NCBI GenBank assembly: GCA_010405405.1
Contig: MU004233.1
Coordinates: 2,272,539-2,336,538 of the forward strand
Length of the DNA: 64,000 bases
Direction of reading: 5' to 3'
DNA from: Microthyrium microscopicum
Taxonomy: Eukaryota
Shown here in pieces: positions 26,660-41,635 of this stretch. The translations under genes and the position numbers were made by a program. A model generated the notes under the pieces. It saw nothing but the letters and a program-made list of their open reading frames with translations. It had not been told where the DNA came from and did not search any database. Position 1 is the first letter of the stretch. Each line of letters opens with the position of its first letter.

Positions 26660-27505
26660 CTATGCCTCCCTCCTTTTAGGTTCTACTGGCTCAGCCAATA
26701 ATCCAACGTCTCCTTCCAATTCCATTTCTTCCATTTCTGCAGCGTCTGCGAGTTCTTCATCCAACTCGGCGTCATATCTATACATGTCCTCTTCATCAAC
26801 GAAAATTGATGGATCTGTCGCAGCAACCTTGCGCGCTTCTTGCCATCCAGTATACCGCTCTTTCAGAGTCAATTTAATTCTCCTCATGGTCAGCTTGACG
26901 ACCCGCACCCGCTCCAAACTCTCCGTCTCTCCGTATCCTCCGCGCACTTCTTTGCGCGTCGCTATTTCTGTGTATATGCGGTTTTTCTCATGGAGACATT
27001 TCCACCAGAGTGTGTGTATATCGTCGAATGATTTGTGGCGGAGTTCATCTACTGTCCATGCACGTCCTATTCTCATTGTTAGTCTCCACCTTCTGGTAAT
27101 GAAGTTATGGCTTTACGTACCATGCTTATTCTCCTCGTGGGGAATGCTGAGAAGCTCAGGTTCTCCGGTGGCAAGGTTTACGGCGAAAAACTTGTTTAGT
27201 CCGTGGGAGGTGTTCTTGGGATAGACGGGTGTGATGGCGCGCGGTGTCTTGAGATCATCGTGGGTGACGGAGAGCTTGATCCAGGGCGCTACTCCTGTGC
27301 CGCGTATGGCGGACATGCCGCGGAGCTTGTTGCCTCGAGCTGTTTTTTCGCGATAGTTCGGGGATGGAGTGGTGGTGAAGGATCGCGGGTTGTGGGATTG
27401 GTGGAGCTGAGGACGCCATTGGCTACTCGATGAGGCGAGAGCGGTGATTCGCGATGTGGTTTTAGGAAGGGAGGAGGAGAGGGTGGAAGATATTCGTGGA
27501 GGCAT
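26660..27505 (-). CDS. MRPL4: Mitochondrial large-subunit ribosomal protein L4 (uL29m/MRP-L47)
   Basis: Arg/Ser-rich mitochondrial presequence; HGRAWTVDELRHKSFDDIHTLWWKCLHEKNRI motif after one intron near 27070-27120. Confidence 0.9.
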
Positions 27506-28075
27506 ACTGTAGAGTTGATTTTAGAAGGTTTGCGATCTCTGAGTGTCTAGGAAGAGACTATAGTAGGGAGGTGTATGTGGAGGTGGCGGTTGCTTTCGAG
27601 CGAGGGTTATTAGAACATGTCAATTAGGGCCTATGGCAACGATCTTGGAGGATTGAGCAGAGTATGAGCCGGATTTCGTAAAGCGTAAAGTTTGTCGGGA
27701 TGTCTGATCAAGTGTTTCTTGATGGGAGTAGAAATGAACTTTTGATGCCAAGATTGCACGGACCCCTGCTTCTCCACGTTGTTCAACACCATGTCTAATG
27801 CGACAGCAGCTACTCTTTCATCCTCTACCAAACCATACCATTCCACCTTAAACTCCTTGCTCCAACAATCCCAATTAGGTACCATGGTCTCCCAATAGCT
27901 CCGCCTGGCCTACCAACAACATCGTCCATCCGCCCCATTGCCCTTATATACCACCCGTCTTCCACACCTGCATCCACACCTCACGCGATTTGCAACAGCT
28001 CCATCACTCAGTGTCTTCAAGAACCGCTGATCGCTGTTGCTTTCCTTGCTTAATCTCTCTTCCTACAGCCTTCTC

Positions 28076-30061
28076 ATGTTTTCCCAATCCACAGCAGGAC
28101 GTCCTGCGCCTGGTCTTGGCGGAAACAGATTACAAAACGGCAAGTTTACTGTGTTCATATGTTGCGAAGGCTGCGCTTGACTCCTATTGCTTTATACTAA
28201 TTATTTGCGAGCAGGAACATCTACTCCATCTGCTGCTACATCGTGGTTACCTGCAGCTGCCTCCCGTAGCACGTTTGCCCAAACTCTCGGTGGACAACAA
28301 GCTCCGTTAGACCTCTCGTAAGTATTCTTCGCATATCTTGAATCGCTTGCCTTGCATATCGTACTATCCACTTTTACATCATATTCGCCATTATTCGATA
28401 TGGGGAAGAAGAGCAAGAAGAACAGGAAAAACAGGTTTCGCAAATTGGATTTAGAAGAGGATCCAGAAGCGGACCCAGAAGCGGATCCAGAACCTCCTGC
28501 CACTCATGATGAAGCGTACGACCTCTTCGAAGATAACAATGCAGCCCATTTCAAAACATTCCCTGTTCTTTATTGCTCAGATAGTAGCATGGCTAACATT
28601 TCTTAGAGAATTCCCCTCTCTAGGCTCTCCTGCTCAACAACAAAACCTCGGTGCCGCTCAATCAATGTGGGCAACCAATTCGACGATACGCGCTCCAGCG
28701 CAGCAACAACAACCAGCTATTCAACGAACTCCAGCACCTCCTTCATCACAATCCCAGGCGCAGGATGAAAGCTCCCAATTCGGACCCGGTAGCGAAGCAT
28801 ATCGATTTGGGGGAGCAGGACCATTAGCTGGATTAGCGCAGACGCCATCACAAGGCCAAGGCGACGAATTTCCTCCTCTCGCCGATAACGACCGGAGAGG
28901 AAGTCTACTCTCCACTTTTGGCGCTTCTTCCAGCCTTGCAGTTCAATCTTCCCGACACGGGTTAGATCCGGTTGGAGACATGTCGTTGAGAAATCTCGGG
29001 GACAGAAATGTTTGTTGACCTGTTTCATTCCTGCAGTTGCCCGAACTAATTTATTATAGCCTACTCCACGCGGTCGTACACTCACAAACCCAAATCCATT
29101 CCCGTTACCCGAATCAACTCAAACTTTAGGTCTAGGTGCAGGCTTGGGTGGTGCAAGTATAGGTTCTGGCTTCGCGAACGCTGGACCAGTTGGTTATCGC
29201 GGTCGAAATGGATTCCCAGAGCAAACAAGTAACTCTGCAATGAGTCCTGAGCTAGGCTACAATCAGACCGATGCTCTGAATATGGCAGCGCCTCAGCCTA
29301 CACGACGACAAGTATCTGGACAGTCGTCAAAGAAGAGATTATCGGAAATGACACCACAAGAGCGTAATGGATTAGTGGGATTGGCAGCAAAACTCGATCC
29401 AGACCACCCAGACTTTTCTCAATTAGCTGCCGGTCATGATTTAACCCAGCTTGGTTTGGAACTGAACCGACCCGAGTAACGACATCTCCCTCATTAGAAA
29501 TGTTCTCCGACTAATCTCTTTTTAGCTCAACGCCACTCTATGCAACATTCGCGACACCATTCGGTCCTCCGAATCAAGCACAACGGCCAGCCGTACCGGA
29601 CTTTACCCTCCCATCAGCATACAGAGTACAAAATGTACCACCTTTACACACCAAAATACCCAGTATGAGTGATGAAGGCTTAATGGCCGTGTTTTATACT
29701 ATGCCACGCGATCTTGCTCAGGAGATGGCAGCACAGGAACTGTTCGTTTGCATTGATCCTTGATTGAGTATTTGCTAATGATGCTAGCTATAATCGAGAT
29801 TGGAGATGGCACATGAGACATCGTATCTGGCTGCAAAAAGACCCAAGCTATGCTGCACCAACTCGGATCGATTCGAAGCAAGAACGTGGGTTCTACATTA
29901 TCTTCAATGTCAACCTATGGAAAAAGGAAAGAGTAAGTGAAGTTACGATCCTGTGTCATTACCACAAGCTAATATCTCAACAGCGTGAAATACTTCTCAA
30001 CTATGACGACCTTGAGCATAGACAACAAGCATTCACTAATGGCAACGCTTATGCTTCCTAG
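28076..30061 (+). CDS. NOT2: CCR4-NOT complex subunit NOT2 (NOT2/3/5 domain)
   Basis: FAQTLGGQQAPLDLSEFPSL, GHDLTQLGLELN, PDFTLPSAYRV, FYTMPRDLAQEMAAQEL, RDWRWH...WL motifs across ~7 exons. Start codon tentative. Confidence 0.88.
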
Positions 30062-30360
30062 GTTTTGGTACAATGTGCGTTACGGGAGGGATAAGTACGG
30101 GCTACCGGTGGACTCCATCTAGCAACGCCTAATAAGGGCCTTTGAAGCTAAGACTTCAATCATTCAATATGACATGGGTTGTTACTCATTTGAACCCAAC
30201 GACTTTGAAGTAGCCTTTGAAGTAGTCTCCCGTGAAGCTAACCGCCTCAACGCAGCGCAAGTCAAGTCAACAAGATGTAAACAACGTTAGAGAGGAATAA
30301 TCGTGAGTCTCATTTATTACGCCCAGGTATGTACTCTTCCCAAACATATCAACAAATAAT

Positions 30361-31962
<1,602 letters not shown>

Positions 31963-32394
31963 TTATACTTGGATGTTGATGGTTATGGGTTGGTATGGTA
32001 TTTGAGGGCGAGAGATTCACGATGGTGATGTTTGAGGGTATCAATGGGTTTGGTATGATTTAAGATGAAAGTCGCGGAAGGACAGACATGAGCTCTTTAT
32101 AAACAATGAGGTCACTTAAATCCTTTTCCAGCTCCACTGATTTCGTTTCCGACATAGGAAAAGAGTAGCCTCGAACAATAGGCGTGCATACATAGCAAGC
32201 GCAGGAAAAAAAACCTCGATCAGAACCCCCACTCTCTTTCACCAAGAGCTTCTAGGTTTTGGCGATCCATCCGATGGTGGTTTGGTCGACCCCAGCCTCG
32301 AGCTAGCTACTCTACCATCCGAAGGTGCGGGAGTTAGCCATTTCGATGCTGCAATCGTATGACATAGCGGCCGCAGAAGCATGGGAAGCTCAAG

Positions 32395-32624
32395 CCAATG
32401 AGTGATTTCGACGACACTGCAACTGGCACCGAAAGAAAATAGCTCAGGCGATAATTGGGTAGTGGACTAGGCGGGCAAGGCTGGATGCGTAAGAGGACTT
32501 GTCGTTGGGGAGACAGGACTGGTTGGGATGAGGTTAGAGAGCTTGGCGGCGTTGATAAGACTAGATTGACTAAAAGACGCTGGTCAGATAAGAGAAAAAT
32601 ACGGTGTTTTCGGCTTCCGATTGG
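32395..32624. promoter_or_regulatory. Clustered GATA and CCAAT elements upstream of gdhA
   Basis: GATAAG at 32554 and 32587, GATAAT at 32450, CCAAT at 32395 and (minus strand) 32620-32624. This fits known AreA/NIT2 and CCAAT-complex control of fungal NADP-GDH genes. Confidence 0.5.
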
Positions 32625-33197
32625 ATGATGATGGATTGAGCGACACCAAAGGCGAGAATTGTTTAGTTAGCGGGGTGAACAGGATGGCGGACGGGTGGGG
32701 ATACTTTGTGCAGTGGTTCTTAGACATTTCTGTGATTCAATTAATTCCGCGCTGCTGGGAGGCGACACGCGACAATGAATCAACGGCGCGGGTTGAAGGC
32801 GACGGGAATATTAAGAAAGTCACTCGAGAAGGGTTTCCATGACATTGCCCTGGTATGGTTTGGAACATTTGGGTGGGAGGATCGCGGCCTCTTCTCAGCG
32901 TCATTAATCGTCTTCTGTTCCGATATTTCCCTTGCGTGGATAATCGTGGAGCAAAAGTTCAGCCTTCCTGCAAGAGCATAAGCGTGGAAGCTTGTCTTGC
33001 GTCTCCGGCCCGCTGGGAATCAATATGATTGGGAGGATAGGCAGAGTATTCTAAATGCTGCATTGAGCATACCGTACTATTCATGCGGATGGGCAAGCTC
33101 TCTGCAGGACTAGTTCTGCAATTTTTATATCCATGTCTATGTCCATTGGAAAAAAAGTAAATATAATGTCCTTCCATGTTAGTAGCATCACTTACGA

Positions 33198-34983
33198 TTA
33201 CTCTGCTTCAGATTCTTCTTCTTCCGACCCATCAACCGTGTCTTGTAACTTGATCGGTGGTCTAATCAACCATATCGTTATACCGCTGAGTCCAAATATC
33301 AACCCAGCTACGAAAAACGGCAATCCTGTTGCGATACCACCAATGTTAATACCAGTAGAAAACGCCCAAGCAAGAATCGGCGCGCCAGCGAGCGAACCAA
33401 AACTGTCAAATACTCCAATCAATGCGAACAATAATGCTGTGTCATCGCGAGGTACAAGAGATGTCATGAAAGATCGAAGTGATGGTGCATATCCAACACC
33501 GGCCACGTAGATAATGATCGCTGGAAGTTTCATTAGCATGGTTTCTGATATTGATGAGACGAAACATACCGAAAAAGGCACCACTGGCCTGTTGTACAAG
33601 ACCCAAAGCAATGCAGCCAGCAACGAGAAAGAATATGCTTATTTTGCTAAGCGCTAGATTCGCTAGTTCTGGTGTTGCGTATCGTTTCCTGAGAAGGAAA
33701 TCGGCGAGAGGAAGAAAGGTGAGTAACATGACAATCTGAACAATCGACTGATACGTTATCACATAGGCAATCTGCATTGATGTCAGCAGTATGCCTTGCA
33801 CGACAAATCGAGCACTTACACTACTATAACTCCAATGGAACTTGGCCGCGAAATATTGGATCAAAACACCAACAATCGGCGTTCCAAAGTTGTTGACCAC
33901 AAGTGAGACCATTCCAAGCATAACTGGAGTCTTGCGGATGATGGGCCACACATCGTGTCTGGCATGGTCAACCAGCTTCTGAATCTTGGCTCCCATAAAG
34001 CTTTTGGTCGAATCGGGTTGTCCATTGGGAATACTGGAAGCATTACCAGTCTCACTGTCCCCAAAATCTCCAGTCTCCGGTATGAAATACAAGAGAATCA
34101 ACGAGAAGAAGCGAGGCGGAATACTCCACAAGAAAGCCCAACTCGGCCCATACAAGTCCATAACCTTCGCACCAACAAGCGGGCCAATGGAGAATCCCGC
34201 AATAGGAGTAATTGCCATGAGCATATAAACCCGTCCTCTAAAATCATGCTTAGTCTCGTGTTACAACCCCTCTCAAACAAAGAGTAGCTAGATAGTCACT
34301 TACCGTAGTTCCACCGGTGTAACATCCGCAATCATAGCCTGAATCAACGCCGAAATAATCGGCCCACCGCCTCCAATGATAAAAAATACCGGAAAAGCAT
34401 AAACCGCCTCAATCGGAAAAACTTCGTAGAAGATCAAGACCAAATAGAACCAAATCATGCCTAGACTCAAGCCAACTATACTGACCGCTGATATGACTTT
34501 CCGTCCATATGTATCCGCCATAATACCATAAGGAATCGAAAACAACAGTCCTAATTGCTCACCCATTAGCAAAACCCTCTTCTCTCTCGTCTAAAACGTA
34601 CCAGGTAGAGCACCCAGCATCCCCAGAATACCATTGATCTCCGCAAGTTTAGACTGCACCGGCGCGATCTTGCACAGCTGCTCTAATACATCTCCTCCAG
34701 GCTGTATTACACTAGGATCGTGTATCGCATAAAAGTTGCGACAGACACCCAGTTCTAGTAATCTGCTCATTGGCGTAATCATCATGCCGAATGATATATC
34801 AATGATTAGTGCAAACATCGATATGATGTATAACGTGCTGAATTTCTGCCAATGCTCGACCAATTCATCGACGACCTCTGATGAGCGCTGCTTTTGCGCT
34901 GATATCGCGTTGCCATCGCGTCCATTTTGCTCGTCTGTTGATTCACACGCGTCCAGGAGTGGGGCTGTCTCTGGATCCGCCAT
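33198..34983 (-). CDS. Major facilitator superfamily transporter
   Basis: PETAPLL N-terminus, CKIAPVQSKLA loop, YGIMADTYGRK (motif A), MIADVTP, multiple TM helices across ~5 exons. Confidence 0.88.
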
Positions 34984-35252
34984 GGCATGCTCTGTTACGG
35001 CCAAAAAGAGTACTCAATAGACATGGCAAGATTTCAATGAGGAAAAATGGATTGTTTCAATCCTTTCAAATCCTTGGAACAATGAGGCGGAGGCTGGTTG
35101 GCTGGTGGCCGAGGTTCAGGCAGACACAATACAGGGGCGTGCAATTGGTCGTTCCAAAAACGTCTATCATTTTCATTGTCGTTGGCGAAGTTTCGGTTTT
35201 TCGTGATTAGACTTTATATGTTTTTTGTGTATTAGAGAAAATGATGGTATGT

Positions 35253-36054
35253 TTAAAATAGGAAGAGCCGATTCTTAGCATCTTGAAGCACCCATTCAAT
35301 ACCTTGGTGTAATCCCAAGCCTGTGACAGCACTACTACTGATGATAGTCCATGTATGAGTTCGAATATCATCCAGATGAAGACCCTACAACATTAAGCCT
35401 CATGATAGTGTAGAAGATGAGAAGAAACTACTTGCCTTTCGAACTTCCTCATCGCTCATGGATGCCTGTACATCGCTCTTATTATTGAAAATAAGTAAAC
35501 TCGCACCACTCAATCGCTAAGCAAAGAATCAGCATGATTCTCTAGACGATTTGTATTATTCACAAACCTCTTCAAGCAACAACTTGCCCAATTCCTCCGC
35601 ACAATCCCCCAACCGAATCCGATCCGTCGCATCAACAACCTAATACCACATCATTAGCCCCCCACTACCTTCAATCATTCATGAACATACCCAAATAAGC
35701 GTATCCGTCCGTTCAAAGTAATTCCGCCAATACGTCCTCAACGTCTTCTGCCCACCAACATCCCCTAAACAGTCGTCAGCACCCCATCACCACTCCAACA
35801 CCCATCACTCAAACGCACAGATATTCAGCTTATACCCATCATGTTCAATCGTCTTGATCGCAAAACCTAGCGTGGGACTGATCTTGTCGAGTGGTTCTTT
35901 GAGGAGAGCGGCGCAGATGGAACTTTTGCCTGCGCCGTCTAGACCGCTGGGGAAGTTTTAGTTTGGTGAGGGGATAGGGGGGGTGGGATGGGTACAGGAG
36001 GAGGACGCGCATTTCTTTGTCCTTGAGACGCGCTTTGCGGAGAATGGATAGCAT
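35253..36054 (-). CDS. ARL2: ADP-ribosylation factor-like 2 GTPase (Cin4/Alp41 family)
   Basis: [64 protein letters not shown]. Five introns; the last is GC-AG. Confidence 0.92.
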
Positions 36055-36629
36055 TTTTGGGGAGGATGGTTTTGTGGTTGAGGGAATTGATGTTGTGGTG
36101 TTGGAGGAGGTGGGATGCTGGATGTTGAGAACTTGAGGTCCTGATTTTGACTGGCTACATACCTGTTATATAGATATGTACTGTGATGAGAAGGATTGGA
36201 GATGATTTGAATTGCTTCTTTTTATGAAGAATAAACTTTACGATCTTAGCAAATGTAGGCTGCAGTAGTAGCAGAATGTCAATTGATTCGACATGAGCTA
36301 AACATGCGCTAATGTACTCTTATGAATCTTTGAAGCTGTTGCGACGTGAGGCGTGAAGCTACTCCAATGTATATCAAAATTTTATTGACAGTTCCAGCTT
36401 ATTCTTGATGTCTTTCTAGATCAGGTTTGTTCCAATCGCTCCATTCCTTACAGTTCTTTCTAGATTCAAAAAATCTGAAACGTCGCGCAGAGGAAGTACA
36501 ATGACGTAGCCCATGTAGCCAACTTTTGAGATTGAACCCTGAGAGTTCATAAAGGATCAAGACCTGGAGATCACTCCGAAAAGTTTCAGCCTCGCTAAAA
36601 TTCGAACCCTCGAGAATAAATCTAGCACA

Positions 36630-37136
36630 ATGGCACCCAACAACACAATCGCAACAGCTCGCCGAGCAGAGCAGCAACAAATCGCCCAACAAGACCAAGC
36701 GCAACGCCTCCGCAGCACAGAAACACAAGAATACGAAGCCAAAGCGTCCGCCCAGGTATGATTCTTCACCCCTCCAGCTCCCACTCACCCTCGTACACCT
36801 AACTCACATGACCCTTGTCTTGCCCAGGCCGGTCTAAACCTCAACATCTTTGCCGCGCTCTCGGGCGTATTCTCAGGCAAAAAGACAAAGACTACAGACC
36901 GCGATGCCGATGGGAAAGAACATAGCGTCGAACACTCCGTTGGCCACGGAAAGGTGCGTGGTGCTGGACATGGCACGCTGAACGCAGTGGGCAGAGGGGA
37001 GGCCAGCGAACGGGTCAAACATACAAAGACGGATGAGCGGTTGCTGGAGCAAAGTGAACGGCATGGGACTAAACAGGTTGAAAGTTCTGCGCAGTTTGAT
37101 CATTTGGGGCTGGAAGGGCCACCCTCCAAGAAATAG
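36630..37136 (+). CDS. Small hydrophilic hypothetical protein (~144 aa)
   Basis: CACAATG start; MAPNNTIATARRAEQQQ...; intron 36756-36827 (GTATGA...CTAAC...CAG) joins in frame to AGLNLNIFAALSGVFSGK...GPPSKK*. Confidence 0.7.
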
Positions 37137-38926
37137 GGTCTTGGTTTGGTATACCGTTGATCAAATACGTTGAGCTGTCACCATGGGCATCTTCGTGGTC
37201 ATGGAACGGTGGCTAGAGGACGGCTCTAGGCAGGTGTCACAGCGTGCGCTTAGGTGTGGCTACCGGGTTGGCTTAATGTGGTGAAGTGTAGCGATCATGC
37301 TCCGTGTATGTTATGTTGAAACCCATATCGGACGGACTGCATTGTGGGTATGCGAACTGGTGTTGACGGTTGCCGTTTGGAAGGTCATACTGCATTTTCA
37401 AGGTGGAGCTTTCTGTCAAGGGTGTTAGTTTTGGGAATTGCTTGAGACAGGAATGATATGTTTCTTCGCGGCAGCAGACGAACAAGAGAAGTGAGTTGTG
37501 ACCACTTTGAAGACCTGTAGGGCGAATATAAGACATCTAGCTAGCTTTGAGCTTGTCACCGTGGAAGGGATTTGAGATGGGTGGAAAGATGCTGGAAAAA
37601 ATGCAGAAGTGTCGATGCGGATGAGAATGTTGCAGGGAAAGATGGTGGATCGGTGGCGTGGCAGGCGTGGTTAGCGTTGGACCCTTTTCGAACATCCTAA
37701 CTTCATCTTTGACGAGTCGAATATCTTCATCTTATGCCATCTTACATTCTATTATTTCCGTATCATTACGCGTTCTACCTGCAAAAGAAAACATTTCATT
37801 CCTGTCGCTTTGAAAAATCTTCCCTTTAGTCCTTGTATCTCCTTGTCTACCACTGGTGAGCTCAGATCACGATGCCAGCCTGTCTCGTTGTGCAAAATGC
37901 TGGAGATGTTTCAGAGTCCCCCAGACAAGAGCAAGCATTCATAGAACCAGCGTGACGCACAGAATTCTTCAGCTAATTTGTCCATCATTCTTAGCGACTG
38001 GCTACCAATTGCGGAGAAGCTACAATCCTGGAATCTTGAAGCATGGAGGTTTTATTACTCTTCCGTAAGACGGCATCAAATTACCTGAATCATGCATGCC
38101 TTCCAGGATTAAATACTACCACAAGCAGTGGCAATACACCTAAACATTGATATATCAATTCACCACGTGGACGATGCATACCACTTCCCTAATCGAGTTG
38201 TACAGGCTACTTTTTACATCGCACCGCTTCTCTTTGATCCATCAAAAATGAGGTCGCATGCAAGGCACCATTTTTTCTTTCTTCGCCCCCATTGGCCTTG
38301 CCCCCAGTTCAGTCGAGATCAACTCATTTCCCACCCAATATGGTCATCTAGCCTCTAAAACCGTATGGACTAGGACGCCTCAACTAGTCTCCGCTTTTCT
38401 TTAATGGTCGCCCTACGTGTATGCTTTGGCACGTTTGGGCAAAATAGTGACTGGAAACATGTGGCTGCACCACGTAGCAACGCCATCCCGTGCATCAATC
38501 TCCTGACAGCCGACCAGGCATCAAGTAGGAACCTAGGCAATTCGACAACTCATCTGATAATGTCAAATTCTGCGCTTGGCTTGCGACCTCTCAGCCCGCT
38601 TGCAAGCGAGAGGAAAAAGTGCGTCGTGTTTGATAACATGGGCAACGGTCCCGCCGACGGAAAGGCATGCATCCTCCCTTGGCCTTGGTACCGCCAGGAT
38701 TGAGGACATTAAGCAAGCTTTCCAATGGCGCTGTGCAGAAGGTCGATGCAAAGCGGCAGTACTAGATCCCAGATTGCGTTTGTCATTCCAACTTTTGAGA
38801 TCGGCGACTGTCTTGGAGTTAGGCAAGGCGTCGTTGAGTGAGAACAGTTGCTTATAACATTGCTTGTACCATTCTTTGTTTGGAAACTTTGAAGCCGAAT
38901 CTCTCTTTTCGTTTCGTTTCTTCATT

Positions 38927-41635
38927 ATGGCTCCAACTATATGGCATCTTGCCAGTCTTTTCTGTTCGTTGTATACTAATATTGTATTCGCTCTTCCCCA
39001 GGAAGCTTCCTATACCTCTTCCTCAACTTACTTCCCAATTCCTTCCGCACATGCTGGCCCAGTGTATCCTCCGTCAAGACCTGTATCAGGCTCGTGCGAC
39101 TTCTGGCTCGAAGACATTCAACACCAAGGCAAAAGCGCATTCAATTCCGACGCCTCATATCAAATTTGGAGAAATGTCAAGGACTTTGGTGCCAAAGGAG
39201 ACGGTGTGACTGATGACGCTCCAGCTATCAATGCTGCTATTCGATCTGGAAATCGTTGCGCTCCAGGAGTCTGCAATTCTACAACTACCACGCCTGCATT
39301 AGTGAGTATCCATTTTATACGCCCCCACGCAAAATATCCTGTTTCCAAATCAAAATTCGACAAATTGAAAGCGCTCAAATATGCTGCAGCAATTTGTTTA
39401 GATATTTGACGTGGCAAGTGTTACTATTTATGGCACCACAGAATCAAGATATAAATCAAGGCGTGAAGTTGGAGCTTTGCGCTAGGCTTTGCTAACGACA
39501 TGCAGGTCTATTTCCCGGCTGGAACATACATAATCGGAAGCTCGATAATTGATTACTACTACACCCAGCTCATCGGAAATGCAAACTGTCTTCCAACCCT
39601 CAAAGCTGCCGCTAGTTTCACTGGGTTTCTGATCGACGGTGATCAATATCAGTCCAGCGGTAACCAGGGTTATGGAAGCACAAACATATTCTGGCGCCAG
39701 ATTCACAACTTCATTATTGATACGACTGCTGTGCCACCAGGGAACAACGTCGCTGCTGTGCATTGGCCCACAGGACAAGCTTCATCTATTCAGAATGTCG
39801 TATTCCAACTTTCAGCCGCATCGGGTACGCAACATGTCGGACTCTTCATTGAAAATGGTTCCGGTGGTTTTCTCGGGGATTTGATATTCAATGGCGGATT
39901 GATGGGTGCTCAAGTGGGCAATCAACAATTCACTGCTCGAAATCTCACCTTTAACAATGTCGTTACTGCTGTCTCACAGCTTTGGGACTGGGGTTGGACT
40001 TACCAAGGCATCACCATCAACAACTGTGGTACTGGTTTTGACTTTTCGGCAGTTGGAGCAGATGGCATTAACCAAGGATTGCAAGCTGTAGGCTCAGCTG
40101 TGATCTTTGACTCTGTCATCAGCAATACTCCCGTTGGCTTCAAGGTCAGCTGGGGTAATACTCCAAATGTTCCAGCCAACGTGCCTGGTCCAAGTATTGT
40201 GATCGAAAACGTGCAACTCAATAATGTTGGGACTGGTATACAAAGCCAGTCGGGCACTCTCCTTGCTGGAGGAACCACTACCATCCAAGCCTGGGGACAG
40301 GGTCACTCGTACACTCCCAATGGTCCTCAAGTCTTTCAGGGTGCAATTACTCCCAACTCTCGACCTGCCAATACACTGCAAGGTAACAACTATTACACTC
40401 GTCCTGTACCGCGATATGAGAGTTATTCGGCTTCCCAGATTCTCAGCGCAAAATCAGCGGGTGCTAAAGGTGATGGAAACACTGATGACACTCAAGCACT
40501 ACAAGCTGCGATCACTGCTGCTCAGTCGGCTGGAAAGGTTCTCTTCCTCGACGCCGGAACCTACAAAGTCACCAATACAATCTACATTCCAGCAGGGTCC
40601 AGGATCACTGGAGAGAGCTTCCCGGTCATCATGTCCAGCGGGTCCACATTTTCCAACATGAACGCTCCCGTAGCTGTCGTGCAAGTTGGCAAACCGGGTG
40701 AATCAGGTACCGTGGAATGGTCCAATGCCATCGTTAGTACCCAAGGCGCGCAAGCAGGTGCTGTGCTTATCGAATGGAACCTTGCGTCTAGCTCATCTGC
40801 TCCATCAGGAATGTGGGATGTACACACTCGCGTTGGCGGCTTTGCCGGATCGAATCTTCAATTATCCAACTGCCCAAAAACTCCCAATACTCCTATCTCT
40901 GCCGGCAATGTCAACCCCAATTGTATTGCTGCATACGCTAGCATGCACATTACCTCCTCCGCCTCCTACTTACTACTCGAGAACAACTGGCTCTGGGTAG
41001 CCGACCGTAAGTCTCCCATAACTTGCCGCCAGCTTGTGATTATAGCCAGCTAACACATACCAGATGATGTCGAAGACCAACAAGTAACCCAAATCACAAT
41101 CTACGCCGGCCGCGGTCTCCTCGTCGAAAGCCCCGGCCCAGTCTGGCTCTACGGCACCGCCGTCGAACATCACACCATCGTCCAATACAACTTCGCCGCT
41201 GCCAGCTCCATCATCGGCGGCTACATCCAGACCGAAACCGCCTACTACCAACCAAATCCACCTGCACCCATCCCATTCACCCTCAACTCCGCCTTCAAAG
41301 ACCCCGCCGTCGGTGCCCAGACGAACGGCTCCGGCGTAGCACTCGTCATATCCGCTGACAGCCACGACATTCTCTTCTACGGTGCAGGACTTTACAGCTT
41401 CTTCTCCAACTACAATGTGCACTGCTCAGACCAGGGAGCTGGTGAATGGTGTCAGCCGATTGTGTTCCTAGACCAAGGTGCTCAGCGGCTCAGTATATAT
41501 GGGTATAATACAGTTGGCGTGACGAATATGATTACCCAGGCGAACGGCGGCGCGTATACGAATATTGCAAAGTATTCTGATAATTTGGATGGGTTCCCGG
41601 ATACTATAGCGCTGTATAGAGGAGCTGGATATTAA
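38927..41635 (+). CDS. Glycoside hydrolase family 55 exo-beta-1,3-glucanase, secreted
   Basis: Signal peptide; two GAKGDG.TDD beta-helix starts; YFPAGTY, HWPTGQASS, MWDVHTRVGG, WVADHDVED and GTAVEH motifs. Introns 39302-39505 and 41007-41063. Confidence 0.95.
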
